Source: Nematocida ausubeli
Lineage: Eukaryota
DNA length: 64,000 bases
Assembly (NCBI RefSeq): GCF_000738915.1
Contig: NW_026515636.1
Span: 1 to 64,000 of the forward strand
Direction: 5' to 3'
The notes under the pieces are model-generated. The model worked only from the letters and a program-made list of their open reading frames with translations. It ran no database searches and had not been told where the DNA came from. This document shows, piece by piece, positions 34,450 to 45,133 of this stretch (position 1 is its first letter; each line of letters starts with the position of its first letter). The position numbers were made by a program, and so were the translations under genes.

Positions 34450-34829
34450 TAGTAGAAGAATCCAAGTATTTTACCTCCTACGTGCTTTTCAACACACTCT
34501 TTGTGGTCTATTATTCCCTTAGATGTTGTTATGACAACATGCCCAAACTGTCTTGCTGGGAGAAGCTTTCTCCATCTCTCTACGTCACGGAATGCCACGT
34601 CAAATCTAGGGCATATTGATCCGCACTTGTTGAGTCTTCCGTTCAGTGCAACGATGGCCTTTCCTTTTCTATGATCATCTACATACTCAATAGTTCCAAC
34701 ATACCCCTTGCTCTGCATGAACTCAAGGAACCCCTTTACTACTTTGTTTGGCGACCTGACGAGTACCTCGGACTTTCCGCTTATTGTTGCATTGTTTATT
34801 GTTTTTAGTGCTGCTGTTAACTGGTCCAT
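34449..34829 (-). CDS. RPS22: 40S ribosomal protein uS8 (S15a/S22)
   Basis: [36 protein letters not shown] and [13 protein letters not shown] motif lies about 13 nt upstream of the ATG. Confidence 0.97.
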   Translation of the reverse strand: MDQLTAALKTINNATISGKSEVLVRSPNKVVKGFLEFMQSKGYVGTIEYVDDHRKGKAIVALNGRLNKCGSICPRFDVAFRDVERWRKLLPARQFGHVVITTSKGIIDHKECVEKHVGGKILGFFY

Positions 34830-35760
34830 TGTTAGTTACTAGGGCAAGAATTAAAAAAAATATATTTCCAGCAACAATTCGAAAATTCAGTTTACAACGG
34901 GATTATCCAATAAAAACACATGCACACTGCAGATTCAATTGCTTCCCCATACACACTCTTCTTCCAGTACAGCAGACCAAAATACTGCAGTTATTACGCA
35001 CACCAGAAATATACATAAAATATGCGCACTCATATGACTAGCAGAGACAAGTAAGCGAGAACCAGTAATATGCAAAAATAGAAATATCTCGATATACCAA
35101 GATATATACCTCTGGAAATCAGTACATTGAGGAAGTTGAGTGCTCCATCATGTTAAGTGCATCTGATTTGCAGGCTTATTCATTTGAAATGAAATAAATG
35201 CATTTGCATCCTAGCACCAGCTGTGCTTTAATTTTCATTAGAATTTGAGAAAACCAGAAATACCCAGAAAACCCAGAAATTATTCTGAGAATTTGAATTA
35301 TATTTACATGACACACTAATCCAGTTAGACAGGATATTTAAGATATTTTCTGCCTGCAGATTTATGATTTCACATGGATTAGTGATACTCTTTTATAAAT
35401 AAGCGCACTAAATCTCAGTTATGTGCTTTTCAGCTGAGCATTGCCTCTTTATTCTTTAAGGCTTGTATAATGCACTGTGATCTCGTTTACATAATATATG
35501 TATATTTCTTATTGGTAATTGAAATATCAATTGAACTGCATATGTACACATACTGTTTGAGTGCATGGATCTTTAGTGTGCGCTCTCTTTCTTCGGGTTA
35601 TATAGATCTCTTCTAAACATACAAAACTGACATCTTCTAATACTACGCACGTGCATATAAAGCAGCATGGATAATTCAAATACTATAAACAGTTTATTTA
35701 TACACAGAAACACTCTGCACTTAATGAGAGTATACACGCACAGATTAGACAGAGAAGAAA

Positions 35761-38043
35761 CTACTCAACCTCCTCAAAATCAATTAGAGTGGCCTTTGTG
35801 CTGTAATCTATCTCCTCCCCGCTGGAAGAACCGCCGTGCCCGTCCTTTGGCGCACCGCCCGTGATCTGCCGGGTTTCTCCCCATGAAAAGTCGTCAAAGT
35901 GCCAGAATGCATATATTGGAAGAACAAAGTTCCATATTGGGAGAGAGCACAAGTAGATGATCAGCCACACAAAGTAGAAAAGATTGAAGTTTGTGAAGAA
36001 GATGAGCAAAGATGGAAGCCCAAGAATGCAAAACAGAAGGAAGAGAGGGATCCAGACAGGTGTCCATATAAAGGAGGAAATGACCAGAACAAGAGTAAAA
36101 ACCATTGCAGCAGGAAGAACCAGAGTTCCAAACAGCTCTAAAATCACAACGTACTGCATAGAAAAAAAGAAAGTGCCGCACAGGTCAACCCGAAGCAGCT
36201 CAAACAGATTGTGTATGGTAGAGTTAATCCAGCGCCTCCTCTGACTCAGAAGGATAGAGAACTTATCAGGCACAATTGTATCACACAAGGCACTTGGCAC
36301 AAAAACAAGTTTTCTTTTTGGATAGTTTTTGAGTAGAAGGGTTGTCAAGTACCGGTCCTCCCCAAGAAGCAGCAGATTCTTCTCGTGCAGAGTCTTTGTT
36401 TCGTCGCTCCCATACGCGTGCAGCACAGTGGGTGAGACAAGAATTGGAGTGCACCCGTTCTTTCTTTCAATCTTCAGTCTGTACATGCAGAAGCACCCGG
36501 GAAGACAAGTTACGTTCCCAAAGACACTCTCAAATCCCTTTGCCAGGTGGTGGCTTACATAGTACTCAAACACCTGTATAGCTGTGACCCAGGAGTCAAA
36601 CTTGTTTGAAATGAGTGTTTCCCCGCAGATTCCCATAATTGACGGGTCGCTTTGCATGGTTCTTGCCATAATTCGCACTGCACTTGGTCTTACTGTTGTG
36701 TCTGCGTCCACCATAAGAATTGCTCCAAACTGGTCGGGTGACATGCCTGTCAGGCCCTTGATCTTCTTGTACAAATCTAAGTCAAACTGCGTCAAACGCG
36801 TTCTGTACAGCACGTGATGGAAGAAGCTCATGATAACCATCTGACTGTCTCTCTTTCCTCTATTCTCGCTCTTCAGTATGAGAATGATGTCAGATGTCAC
36901 CACACCGCTTTTTGTCTCAACAGAATACGACCCAGCATGCACCTCTGCATAGTTCAGCTTCTTAGCGCCTGCTGCAATAGAGATGTACTGCTTTGGGGCA
37001 GTGCACATCCCAGATGCAGCGCAGTCTTTCTTTGGCGTAATCATTGACTTAAGAATCTCTGGAGTAGATGCTTCATTGCCTGCTCCTGTTATAAATCCAT
37101 CTGCTACAACAATAATGACCTTCTTGTCGTACTCCTGTATGCAGAGGCTGTCCAGGGTTGACTTCAAGCCTTCTCTGCCCTCAGAGTAGCAGGCAGTCAT
37201 CAGCACCACCGGCAGTACATCCGTGGTTTTTCGCACAAGCTGCCACGTTTTGATTTTCATGATCAAGGAGTAGACAGCAGCCAGGAAAAACCTGATCAGA
37301 ACCAGGCCCAGAACAGCCAGGGCAGACAGATAGAGGAAAGAGTACGTTATCTGGCACCCAGTGGACTGCAGTGCAAGCTCCCCGGCATAGCACAGCTCCT
37401 TGAAGCACTGCAGCTCCTTTGGAGAAAGAGACTCACTTGCTCTTGTGGCATCCACGCTGCCTTGAAGTGTTTGCAGCTTTTCTGGGAGGCTTATGTCATT
37501 TGTGTTGTAGACCCCTGAGCCTATCACGGTCAGCTGCTCTCGAAGTATGGATGACCACGTGTAGTGCACAGGCGCAACTTCCGAATAGTCATGCATGTTG
37601 TAGCTGCCAATTTTACTGAAGGAGTAGCTGGGAAATGCCTGCGTGCAGTTTGGCGCATTTATTTTAAACATGGCAGAGATATCACTCCCAGAGTACGTCT
37701 CTAGCTTGCTCCCTGGGTCAAGTCTGAATATTTTCCCCCGGGCTGCAAACCACGGGTATGTGCTTATTTCGCTCATGGTTTCCATTGTGTATGTTAGTTG
37801 CGGCTTGCACACAAGCATCGTCAGACCATATGTAATGAATGCCAGGAACATGCATGCAAATGCAATCAGCCAGCAGAGGGCTACTTTCTCCCTCCATGCA
37901 CTCTGCATCTCTTTGGACTTCATGCCGAAAAGACGCAGAATAAACGAGGGAATAAAAGATGTACATACTTTTGTGAACTGCTGCCACACAGTTCTTCTAG
38001 GAAGAAGTGCCACTTGGTTTTCTTCAACTCTCATTCCATTCAT
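35761..38043 (-). CDS. CHS: Chitin synthase (division 2 / class IV-like)
   Basis: AWREKVALC, NRGKRDSQ, MVDADT, QVFEY, TCLPGCF, LGEDRYLT, QRRRWINST and DDFSWGETR. Confidence 0.96.
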   Translation of the reverse strand: MNGMRVEENQVALLPRRTVWQQFTKVCTSFIPSFILRLFGMKSKEMQSAWREKVALCWLIAFACMFLAFITYGLTMLVCKPQLTYTMETMSEISTYPWFAARGKIFRLDPGSKLETYSGSDISAMFKINAPNCTQAFPSYSFSKIGSYNMHDYSEVAPVHYTWSSILREQLTVIGSGVYNTNDISLPEKLQTLQGSVDATRASESLSPKELQCFKELCYAGELALQSTGCQITYSFLYLSALAVLGLVLIRFFLAAVYSLIMKIKTWQLVRKTTDVLPVVLMTACYSEGREGLKSTLDSLCIQEYDKKVIIVVADGFITGAGNEASTPEILKSMITPKKDCAASGMCTAPKQYISIAAGAKKLNYAEVHAGSYSVETKSGVVTSDIILILKSENRGKRDSQMVIMSFFHHVLYRTRLTQFDLDLYKKIKGLTGMSPDQFGAILMVDADTTVRPSAVRIMARTMQSDPSIMGICGETLISNKFDSWVTAIQVFEYYVSHHLAKGFESVFGNVTCLPGCFCMYRLKIERKNGCTPILVSPTVLHAYGSDETKTLHEKNLLLLGEDRYLTTLLLKNYPKRKLVFVPSALCDTIVPDKFSILLSQRRRWINSTIHNLFELLRVDLCGTFFFSMQYVVILELFGTLVLPAAMVFTLVLVISSFIWTPVWIPLFLLFCILGLPSLLIFFTNFNLFYFVWLIIYLCSLPIWNFVLPIYAFWHFDDFSWGETRQITGGAPKDGHGGSSSGEEIDYSTKATLIDFEEVE

Positions 38044-38245
38044 ATACTAAACAAACACAAAGAGATTGAATAGTGTCTATAATGTGTTTGTTGTGTAATT
38101 AATTATTGCAGCTCTAATTGAAGTGTTTAAGAGAAATCAGAGGGCAGGAAGTTTTCGCTGCAGAGGCCTGGGCAGCTATAGGCGGGCTTTTTCACTGCAA
38201 AAGCATGCAGTTTTATTGGAGAAGTTCGCTGGAAAATTTTTCAGA

Positions 38246-40087
38246 ATGTCAACGCGCAAACTATCCCCCGGATTGAAGGGGCAGACGCAAAGAGAAAGAG
38301 CCTCCCACGGGCTTGTTTCAACTATTATGGTTACTTCACTGGGAACACACATTACAGCAGAGGATGCTCTTCCCTCCATTATATCGTCCTTCAGAAAGAG
38401 CGAGCAAGGACAGTGCGCCATAAACACACAGAAGGTAAATCTGGGCCACAGAATAGAAAGCAAAAAGGGCCTGTTCACGTTCTTTGTGAACACCCCAGAG
38501 GCCTCAAATATAATGAAGGCAAAGATCCAAGGAGCTGACATAAATATTATTCTGGTGGATAAAAAGATAAACAACGAGATCTGCGACTTAATCAGCCAGA
38601 CAAAGCAGGATAACCTTATATTCCTTTCTTGTCTGCGGGATGTTCCCTCAGAGATAAAGAAGGACGTGAAAAAGACCTTTGGAAAGGCAAAGATATATGG
38701 GCTGAATGAAATCTCCCGGGTTCTTGAAAATAAGACGGTGCTGAACAGAAAGAGATATACACGCCCACACTTCTTCCCAGACACAATCGAGCACCAGGAG
38801 GAGCGTCTTTTCAAGATCACTGGATCTGTGGACAAAGGATTTGTGTCACCGCAGCTGCTTATAAATGGCTTTATGTCTGGGAGAATTCGGCAGGTGTCTG
38901 CGCATGGGAAAGTACTCGATATTTCCGGGCTTGCCATGCTTACAAAGGAGGACCTGTACCAAAAAAAGAAGGACGACGAAGAAGAGATGACCGACCTGCT
39001 TACTACGCTCAGAATAAAGGACAGTCAGATCAATGACCAGCCAGAGTACTCTGATGACTCCATTGGATGCATAAATGTAGAGGAGACACAGGAGGAAGAT
39101 GACGAAGAAGAGGAGGACAGTGAAGACGACAGTGAAAACTACGCAGACCTAGAAGGCATGGCAGGAGACGAAGATCTGTGCGATGTAGACTCGGATGACC
39201 TCATGGGATACACCACCTTGGAAAAGGAAAATATAAAGAAAGACCTTGTGAATAAGTACAAGGGATTCAAAGGGCTTAGAAGCATAAACATGGGACTGCA
39301 CAAAAAAGAGAACTGCAAGGAAAATGAAACCTTGAAGGTCTTCAGAACACAGAACCTTCCAGAGTACTACAAGAACCTCAGCTTCATAGGATCTGAGAGG
39401 GTCAGAAGAAGGATACTTTCCAAGAAAAGCCCCATCCCAGTGCAAACCCCCCTTGAAATCATCATTGAAATAAGCGAAGAGCATATGCAGTCATTTGAGT
39501 CTGCAATTATGTCCGGGTTTCTGTCGATCCACGGCCTCTTTGACTATGAAGGCGCACTCACTGTCTGTGCACTCTCTTTCCAGACGAAAGAAACTATCAG
39601 CATACATGATAACAACCTGGTCTTTGACTTTGGATTTACGTGCACCGCGCCTTCTTCCTGCGTTATGGGCAATGGCGTAGAGGTAGTTAAGTGCAAAACA
39701 GAAGGAACCTCTGGAACTGTCTGCTTTGTGGGCCCTTTGATTCTCACTAGCGATAAAATAGCCATCTACAAAGGAGACCGGTGCGTAGGCAGTGCACTGC
39801 ACGCCACCCGAAAGGACCCAATTCTCATCAGAACAGTAGTCTTCAAGGGAATACCTGCAAAGATCCTAAGGCGGTCCTGCATTGTCAGTAAAATGTTCCA
39901 CTCCAGAGAAGAGGTCAAGTACTTCAAGGGAATTAAGCTGTACTCCAGCATGAAAAAGGAAGGCCATATTAAGCGGCCCCTTGGAGAAAGCGGTCTAATG
40001 AAGTGCTACTTCTTCCCGCCTGTCAAGCACGGAGAAAAGATATACATGGAGCTGGCAAGAAGAGTGTTTATTTCACCAGAAAACTAA
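38246..40087 (+). CDS. TSR1: Pre-40S ribosome biogenesis factor Tsr1
   Basis: KYKGFKGLRS..LPEYY, MFHSREEVKYFKGIKL and GHIKRPLGESGLMKCYF match the Tsr1 C-terminal domain. It has an acidic central insert. ATG at 38246 follows AAAATTTTT. Confidence 0.85.
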   Translation: MSTRKLSPGLKGQTQRERASHGLVSTIMVTSLGTHITAEDALPSIISSFRKSEQGQCAINTQKVNLGHRIESKKGLFTFFVNTPEASNIMKAKIQGADINIILVDKKINNEICDLISQTKQDNLIFLSCLRDVPSEIKKDVKKTFGKAKIYGLNEISRVLENKTVLNRKRYTRPHFFPDTIEHQEERLFKITGSVDKGFVSPQLLINGFMSGRIRQVSAHGKVLDISGLAMLTKEDLYQKKKDDEEEMTDLLTTLRIKDSQINDQPEYSDDSIGCINVEETQEEDDEEEEDSEDDSENYADLEGMAGDEDLCDVDSDDLMGYTTLEKENIKKDLVNKYKGFKGLRSINMGLHKKENCKENETLKVFRTQNLPEYYKNLSFIGSERVRRRILSKKSPIPVQTPLEIIIEISEEHMQSFESAIMSGFLSIHGLFDYEGALTVCALSFQTKETISIHDNNLVFDFGFTCTAPSSCVMGNGVEVVKCKTEGTSGTVCFVGPLILTSDKIAIYKGDRCVGSALHATRKDPILIRTVVFKGIPAKILRRSCIVSKMFHSREEVKYFKGIKLYSSMKKEGHIKRPLGESGLMKCYFFPPVKHGEKIYMELARRVFISPEN

Positions 40088-40533
40088 GCCTTGGTTCTCT
40101 TTAAAATAGATGAAAAACTGCTCTTTCTCAAATAAATAAAGTCTTTAGAACTATTTCTTCCATGCACTCATGCACTAAATGCAATTTGATCTTATAACGC
40201 AAATAATTTTATTCAGACCAAACCATCTTAATACATTAGACCCTGTAGAACTTGAATTGCTGTGATATATGCCCTAAGTAATATAATAATAACCAGATAT
40301 TTATTCTTTGTCTTGTGTGTCTCTGACACAGCGCGCATTTTTATGCTCCGCAGTGCATCTGCCATTTTTGTGGCTAAAGTAAATAGTTGCAAACATATAT
40401 ACATTCCCTGTTTGCTAGAATGCACTTTACCCCTTGCGGATAGCCGTGCCTACACCATGCTTTGCTTCCACTGAGCATGTATTTGCAGAATAAGTGCCCG
40501 GCCTTTTCTTAAACACGCGCAGTCTATTTTAGG

Positions 40534-41631
40534 CTACTCAGGCCTGTCTTCCTGCAAGGCAAGCACATCCTTGACTAGCGATATGACTTTCTCCAAAGTC
40601 TCTTTTGAGTTTTTATTCACATACTCGCACTCCAGATTAATGTATAGCTCAGCCCCCTCCCCCAGATACTCTGAGTGCGGGTTCTGTGGTATCTTATTAT
40701 CCACATCCACTCCGCAGAGAATTGCTGTCTCTGAGGCCCAGCACCGAGAGACGTGCTTTGGCTTATACCCTCCCCCGCCCACTACAAGCATGGGAATATT
40801 GAAGTCACGCACGTACCGGACACACTCGCTGTGCCCTTTAATACTCAGCCCAAAGCATCCTATCCTGTCGCCTGCCAGGGAGTCAGACCCGCACTGCATC
40901 AGAATGACCTTCGGCGAGAACGACTCAATGCACATCTTCACCACGTTCTTAAAGACATAGTGGTAGGACTCGTCATCTATTCCAAAGTCCAGGGGAACAT
41001 TAACTGATGTCCCGCGCCCTGCATCTCTCCCTGTGCAGCAGATGTTCCCTGTGCCTGGAAAGAATCTATCCCCGTATTTGTGAAGTGAAAGGGTTAGGAC
41101 TCTGTCTGTGTGGTAGAAAGCCTCCTCCACCCCGTCCCCATGGTGTATGTCAATGTCTATGTACATTACTTTTGTGTGCTTTTTAAGCAGCTCCTGTATG
41201 GCAAGCACAATGTCATTTGTGTAGCAGAACCCACTTGGCCCTCCTTTTTTTGCGTGGTGCAGTCCTCCAGACCAGTTTATTGCGATGTCGTACTGGTTCT
41301 GGTTAAGGGCCCTCGCAGCCTGCAGAGACCCTCCTGAGTAGAGTGCACACATTTCCCCAACTCCTTCAAAATACGGGCAGTCATCTGTTATTCTGTCACA
41401 CGGCATATCAGATCCTTCTGAAATAAGCGAGGCAATGTACTCCTCCGTGTGATACTGCTCCATTTCTATCTTTGTCGCAGGCTTTATGGCAATGATGTCC
41501 ATGTACCGCTGCAGCCCGTATGCAAAGACAATTGAGTTGGTCACTGCAATTCTGTGCGGCTTCATTGGGTGCGACGCGCCATAGTGAAAGCTCCCTGAGT
41601 CTGGGCTATAAAAATATGCTATCCGCCTCAT
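40534..41631 (-). CDS. Class I histone deacetylase (Rpd3/Hos2-like)
   Basis: HPMKPHRI, NWSGGLHHAKK, SGFCY, YIDIDIHHGDGVEEAFY, FFPGTG and GGGGY. First ATG at 41631. Confidence 0.95.
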   Translation of the reverse strand: MRRIAYFYSPDSGSFHYGASHPMKPHRIAVTNSIVFAYGLQRYMDIIAIKPATKIEMEQYHTEEYIASLISEGSDMPCDRITDDCPYFEGVGEMCALYSGGSLQAARALNQNQYDIAINWSGGLHHAKKGGPSGFCYTNDIVLAIQELLKKHTKVMYIDIDIHHGDGVEEAFYHTDRVLTLSLHKYGDRFFPGTGNICCTGRDAGRGTSVNVPLDFGIDDESYHYVFKNVVKMCIESFSPKVILMQCGSDSLAGDRIGCFGLSIKGHSECVRYVRDFNIPMLVVGGGGYKPKHVSRCWASETAILCGVDVDNKIPQNPHSEYLGEGAELYINLECEYVNKNSKETLEKVISLVKDVLALQEDRPE

Positions 41632-41648
41632 AAAATTTTTCAATATTC
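41632..41648. promoter_or_regulatory. 17-bp bidirectional initiation region HDAC/SMC3
   Basis: AAAATTTTTCAATATTC lies between divergent ATGs. Confidence 0.65.
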
Positions 41649-44447
41649 ATGAGGATAAGTAGAATGGCTCTTTTTAACTTCAAAAGCTTTTTTGAAGAAA
41701 CCCGAATTGAAGGCATCTCCCAGAATGTAAACATGCTGATAGGAAAGAACGGAACTGGTAAGTCAAGTATTTTGAGCGCCATAAGGTTTGTGATCGATGC
41801 CCACCAGCGCATTGGCCCTCTTGAGAGGAGGGTGTTTGTAAATGAGAACAGCAAGGAGCTGAGGGCTTATGTGGAAATTGAGTTTGAGAACATAAATAGA
41901 GCCTTCCCTGCAGGTGACTTTGTTGTGATCCGAAGAACAATTACGCAGAAGTCTGACGAGTACTCCGTGGATGGGCGCGATGTTTCAAGGGAGGAGATGA
42001 TATCTCTGTATGAAACAGCAGGTATCTCCAAGGCAATGCCATACTTTGTGGTTGAGCAGGGAAAGATAGGTGAGCTGGCCCAAATGAACGGCCGTGCGCG
42101 CATGCATCTAATCCGAGAGCTGGCTGGGTCTACTGTCTACGAGAAAGACAAAGAGGAGATTCAGAAGGTGCTGAAGGAGTCTGAAACCGTTGAGCAAAGA
42201 ATAGAGGAGTTAGTGGACACGATAAAAACGCGTGTTCTGGCGATACAGCAGGACAAGCTGGCTGCAGAGCAGAAAGAAGAGATGGAGAAAACCAAAGAAA
42301 TTATAATTCGGGAGATCTACAAGCGGGAGCTGAATAGAATCCGAGAGAAGTTGGAAGGCCTCATTACAGAAGAGTCCAGCCAGATCGATGAAACACAGGA
42401 CATATCCGAAGATGCTCTGCGAATTCAGCTTGAGGAAGTGCTGTCTGCAATACACGCAACTGCAGTTGATACTGAGCTAGAAAGAAAAATCGATGAAAAC
42501 CCGCACCTACTCGATGAGACCTGCAGGGTGAAAGAAGAGCTTGAAATTCTTCTGAAAGAGCAGGAGACACAGGCGCATGCAATCCAGCAGGAGATAAACC
42601 ACCTAGAAAGACTTAGGGAGAGCAGCAAAACCATCCACCCAGAAATAAACGTACTGCGCATGCGCGGGACAGATGCAGTGAATAAAAAGCTTGATGAGCT
42701 GAAAAGTGTAAAGAAAGAAGAAAGTTTCTTGCAGGGAAAAAAAAGTAAAGAAGACCTTCTTGAAAGCAAAAGATCCGTCTGGAAGAGAGAGAAGGAGCAT
42801 AACATAAAGATAAAAACGATTGAGCAGGAGATGAAAGATGCAGAACGGGCATTCCTGTCTTCGCAAAAGGCATTTTCCCTAGGGGACGAAGTGCGAAATA
42901 TAAAGGGCGTTGTTGGGTATGTCTATGATCTAGTGACTATCCCGAAGGAAATACTCTCTGCTGTTTCAAGTGCAGTTCCTAACTATCTGACTACTATTGT
43001 AGCTGAAAGTGTTGCAGATGCAATTAATCTTGTGCGAAACCACCGCATAGAGCAGCCTGTGATTTCCCTCTCTACTAAAAGCACTGCTACACGGGCATCT
43101 TCTGTGCCACTTCCATCGCTTGCCCAATATATATCCTCGTCTGAGAAGCATGCGTCCCTGGTAGACAGGCTCTTTGGAAAGATATACTTTGCATCTGACT
43201 TTGAGACTGCAAAGGCTGCATCAAGAACACACAGAGTAACTGTAATCACTGCAGCAGGCGAGTACTTTGGGTCAGTTGGAACAATCACTGGGGGAAGCGA
43301 CAAGTCTTCCTATCTTTTCAAGGCATATGTGGCGAACAAGGAGAAGTACAGATGCATCCTGGAAGAGAGCGCAGAAATCCAGGAGGAAAAAGAGAAAGTC
43401 ACCCGAGAGTACGACAGAGCCAATATGGAGTCCTCTTTAAGCGCCCCAGGATACATTGAGGATGCAATATTCCTCCTAGAGAACGAAGGGTATGACATAG
43501 ATTTAGAGATTCTCCAGAGAAAAACTGAGCTAGAAAGGCTCTCTGTGCCTGCTACACAAAGCAAAATAGAAGAGTGTGCTAGAGTGCAGGAGGCCATGAA
43601 GAGAAAGAGTGAAAGAGCAGCTCTTGAGGCCACTGCACAGAGCATAGAGAGCAGGCTCTACAGGTGCGCAGGCTCCTCTGAGTGGAAGGAAAGAATGGCA
43701 GAAAAGGTAAGACTTGCGAGCAAGTTCAGACGAATCCAGAAAAGAATTCTCTCGCTCAACGTGGAGAGCAGAGAGGAGGTATTTGTGAACAATAGCACAA
43801 TAAATGTGCAGAACTCGTCAAGAGAGACTCTAGTCCAGGCACTGTCCATAATCAAAAAAGAGCTCCCAGAGACCGTTGCAACAGCAGATGGATCTGACAC
43901 GGTTCTGCAGGACTACAATAAGACACTTGCAAAGCTGGAGGAACTCTCGCACGCAAAAGAAAAGATACTGGATATGCAGGGCCTTTTGGAGAAGAAAAAA
44001 GAACAGGTCATCAACATAACAATAACCCAGGTGAAGAACAACTTTGAATACTTTTTCAGAAAACTCACAGGCGGCTCTGCATATATGTCGGCTAATGGAA
44101 CAGATGCACTGGAGATCGATGTGTCTTTCACAGGCGAAACAATGGTTAGATCAGATGAGCTTAGTGGTGGCCAGAAGACTGTCATTGCACTGTGCATGAT
44201 ACTTGCCGTGCAGAGAATCTACGAAGCCCCCTTCTATCTAATGGACGAGTTTGATGCAAATCTGGATACGCAGGTCTTGATGAATATTATTAACAGCCGC
44301 GTCTTTGAGAACCGCCAGCTCTTTATATGCACATTCCGCGGTGAGACTCTTGGCTTTGGAGACAAGTTCTTCTGCATCAAAGACTCTACCATCAGCGACA
44401 TATCACTTGAGTCGGCAAAGGAACAGCTATGCGCATTTCTTCCCTAG
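41649..44447 (+). CDS. SMC3: Cohesin SMC3-like ATPase with shortened arms (932 aa)
   Basis: Walker A GKNGTGKS, SAIRFV, PYFVVEQGKI, hinge GTITGG, signature LSGGQKTV and PFYLMDEFDANLD. Confidence 0.88.
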   Translation: MRISRMALFNFKSFFEETRIEGISQNVNMLIGKNGTGKSSILSAIRFVIDAHQRIGPLERRVFVNENSKELRAYVEIEFENINRAFPAGDFVVIRRTITQKSDEYSVDGRDVSREEMISLYETAGISKAMPYFVVEQGKIGELAQMNGRARMHLIRELAGSTVYEKDKEEIQKVLKESETVEQRIEELVDTIKTRVLAIQQDKLAAEQKEEMEKTKEIIIREIYKRELNRIREKLEGLITEESSQIDETQDISEDALRIQLEEVLSAIHATAVDTELERKIDENPHLLDETCRVKEELEILLKEQETQAHAIQQEINHLERLRESSKTIHPEINVLRMRGTDAVNKKLDELKSVKKEESFLQGKKSKEDLLESKRSVWKREKEHNIKIKTIEQEMKDAERAFLSSQKAFSLGDEVRNIKGVVGYVYDLVTIPKEILSAVSSAVPNYLTTIVAESVADAINLVRNHRIEQPVISLSTKSTATRASSVPLPSLAQYISSSEKHASLVDRLFGKIYFASDFETAKAASRTHRVTVITAAGEYFGSVGTITGGSDKSSYLFKAYVANKEKYRCILEESAEIQEEKEKVTREYDRANMESSLSAPGYIEDAIFLLENEGYDIDLEILQRKTELERLSVPATQSKIEECARVQEAMKRKSERAALEATAQSIESRLYRCAGSSEWKERMAEKVRLASKFRRIQKRILSLNVESREEVFVNNSTINVQNSSRETLVQALSIIKKELPETVATADGSDTVLQDYNKTLAKLEELSHAKEKILDMQGLLEKKKEQVINITITQVKNNFEYFFRKLTGGSAYMSANGTDALEIDVSFTGETMVRSDELSGGQKTVIALCMILAVQRIYEAPFYLMDEFDANLDTQVLMNIINSRVFENRQLFICTFRGETLGFGDKFFCIKDSTISDISLESAKEQLCAFLP

Positions 44448-45133
44448 ATGTGCATACGTTTGTGCAGATGCAGCTGTAAAACAAAATAAATTATAATGGT
44501 TTAGAGCCCATAGACATATGAAGAAAATAAACAGTCATAATTTGTGCAGTATAAAACAGAAATATATGAGGCACAGCCACTCTTCCATCACATATATTAT
44601 TGACGTACCCAAAGGGGAGGTGACAAGCTAGTCTGGAGATAGTAGTATTTTAAACTCTAATAGGGGTAGTTGTCCAGGGAAGTTTTATTATCATATTTTT
44701 TCGGTTGGTGACTGTGACCTTTTGTGTACTTGATGGGTGTACTTCTTCTTTCTGACATGTTCCGACTTTTCAGTATTGTTCTTACTATTATATAGTTAGT
44801 TTCTGATATACGAGGAATCGTCCGGAAGTTGCATTTATCATTGATGTACTTTGGTCACGAAATTAATGAAAGTGGGATTTTTACTACAGTTTAATTATCC
44901 AGCCAGATACTAAGAAATACGCGCAATCCCTCTAAGTACCAAATGCTTAAAAATATAGCACACAAGAATGCACTACTTAATAGACTATCTGCTTGGGAAT
45001 AGCATGTGATAACCCGATATAACCCGAATAACATGACATAATTGATACTTGCGCAATTAAAACGGAATAATCTGCAATTAACACCTTTCGTGCAAATAAT
45101 TTATTTTCGGGTTATAGTGTGCCAAAATATCTC

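Noticed and set aside
30478..38245. Extended ORF starts at 30478, 32334, 32707 and 38123 (also 41643 and 49232)
   Set aside because: They rely on non-ATG starts or overlap neighbouring genes. Homology, signal peptides or AAATTT signals point to downstream ATGs.
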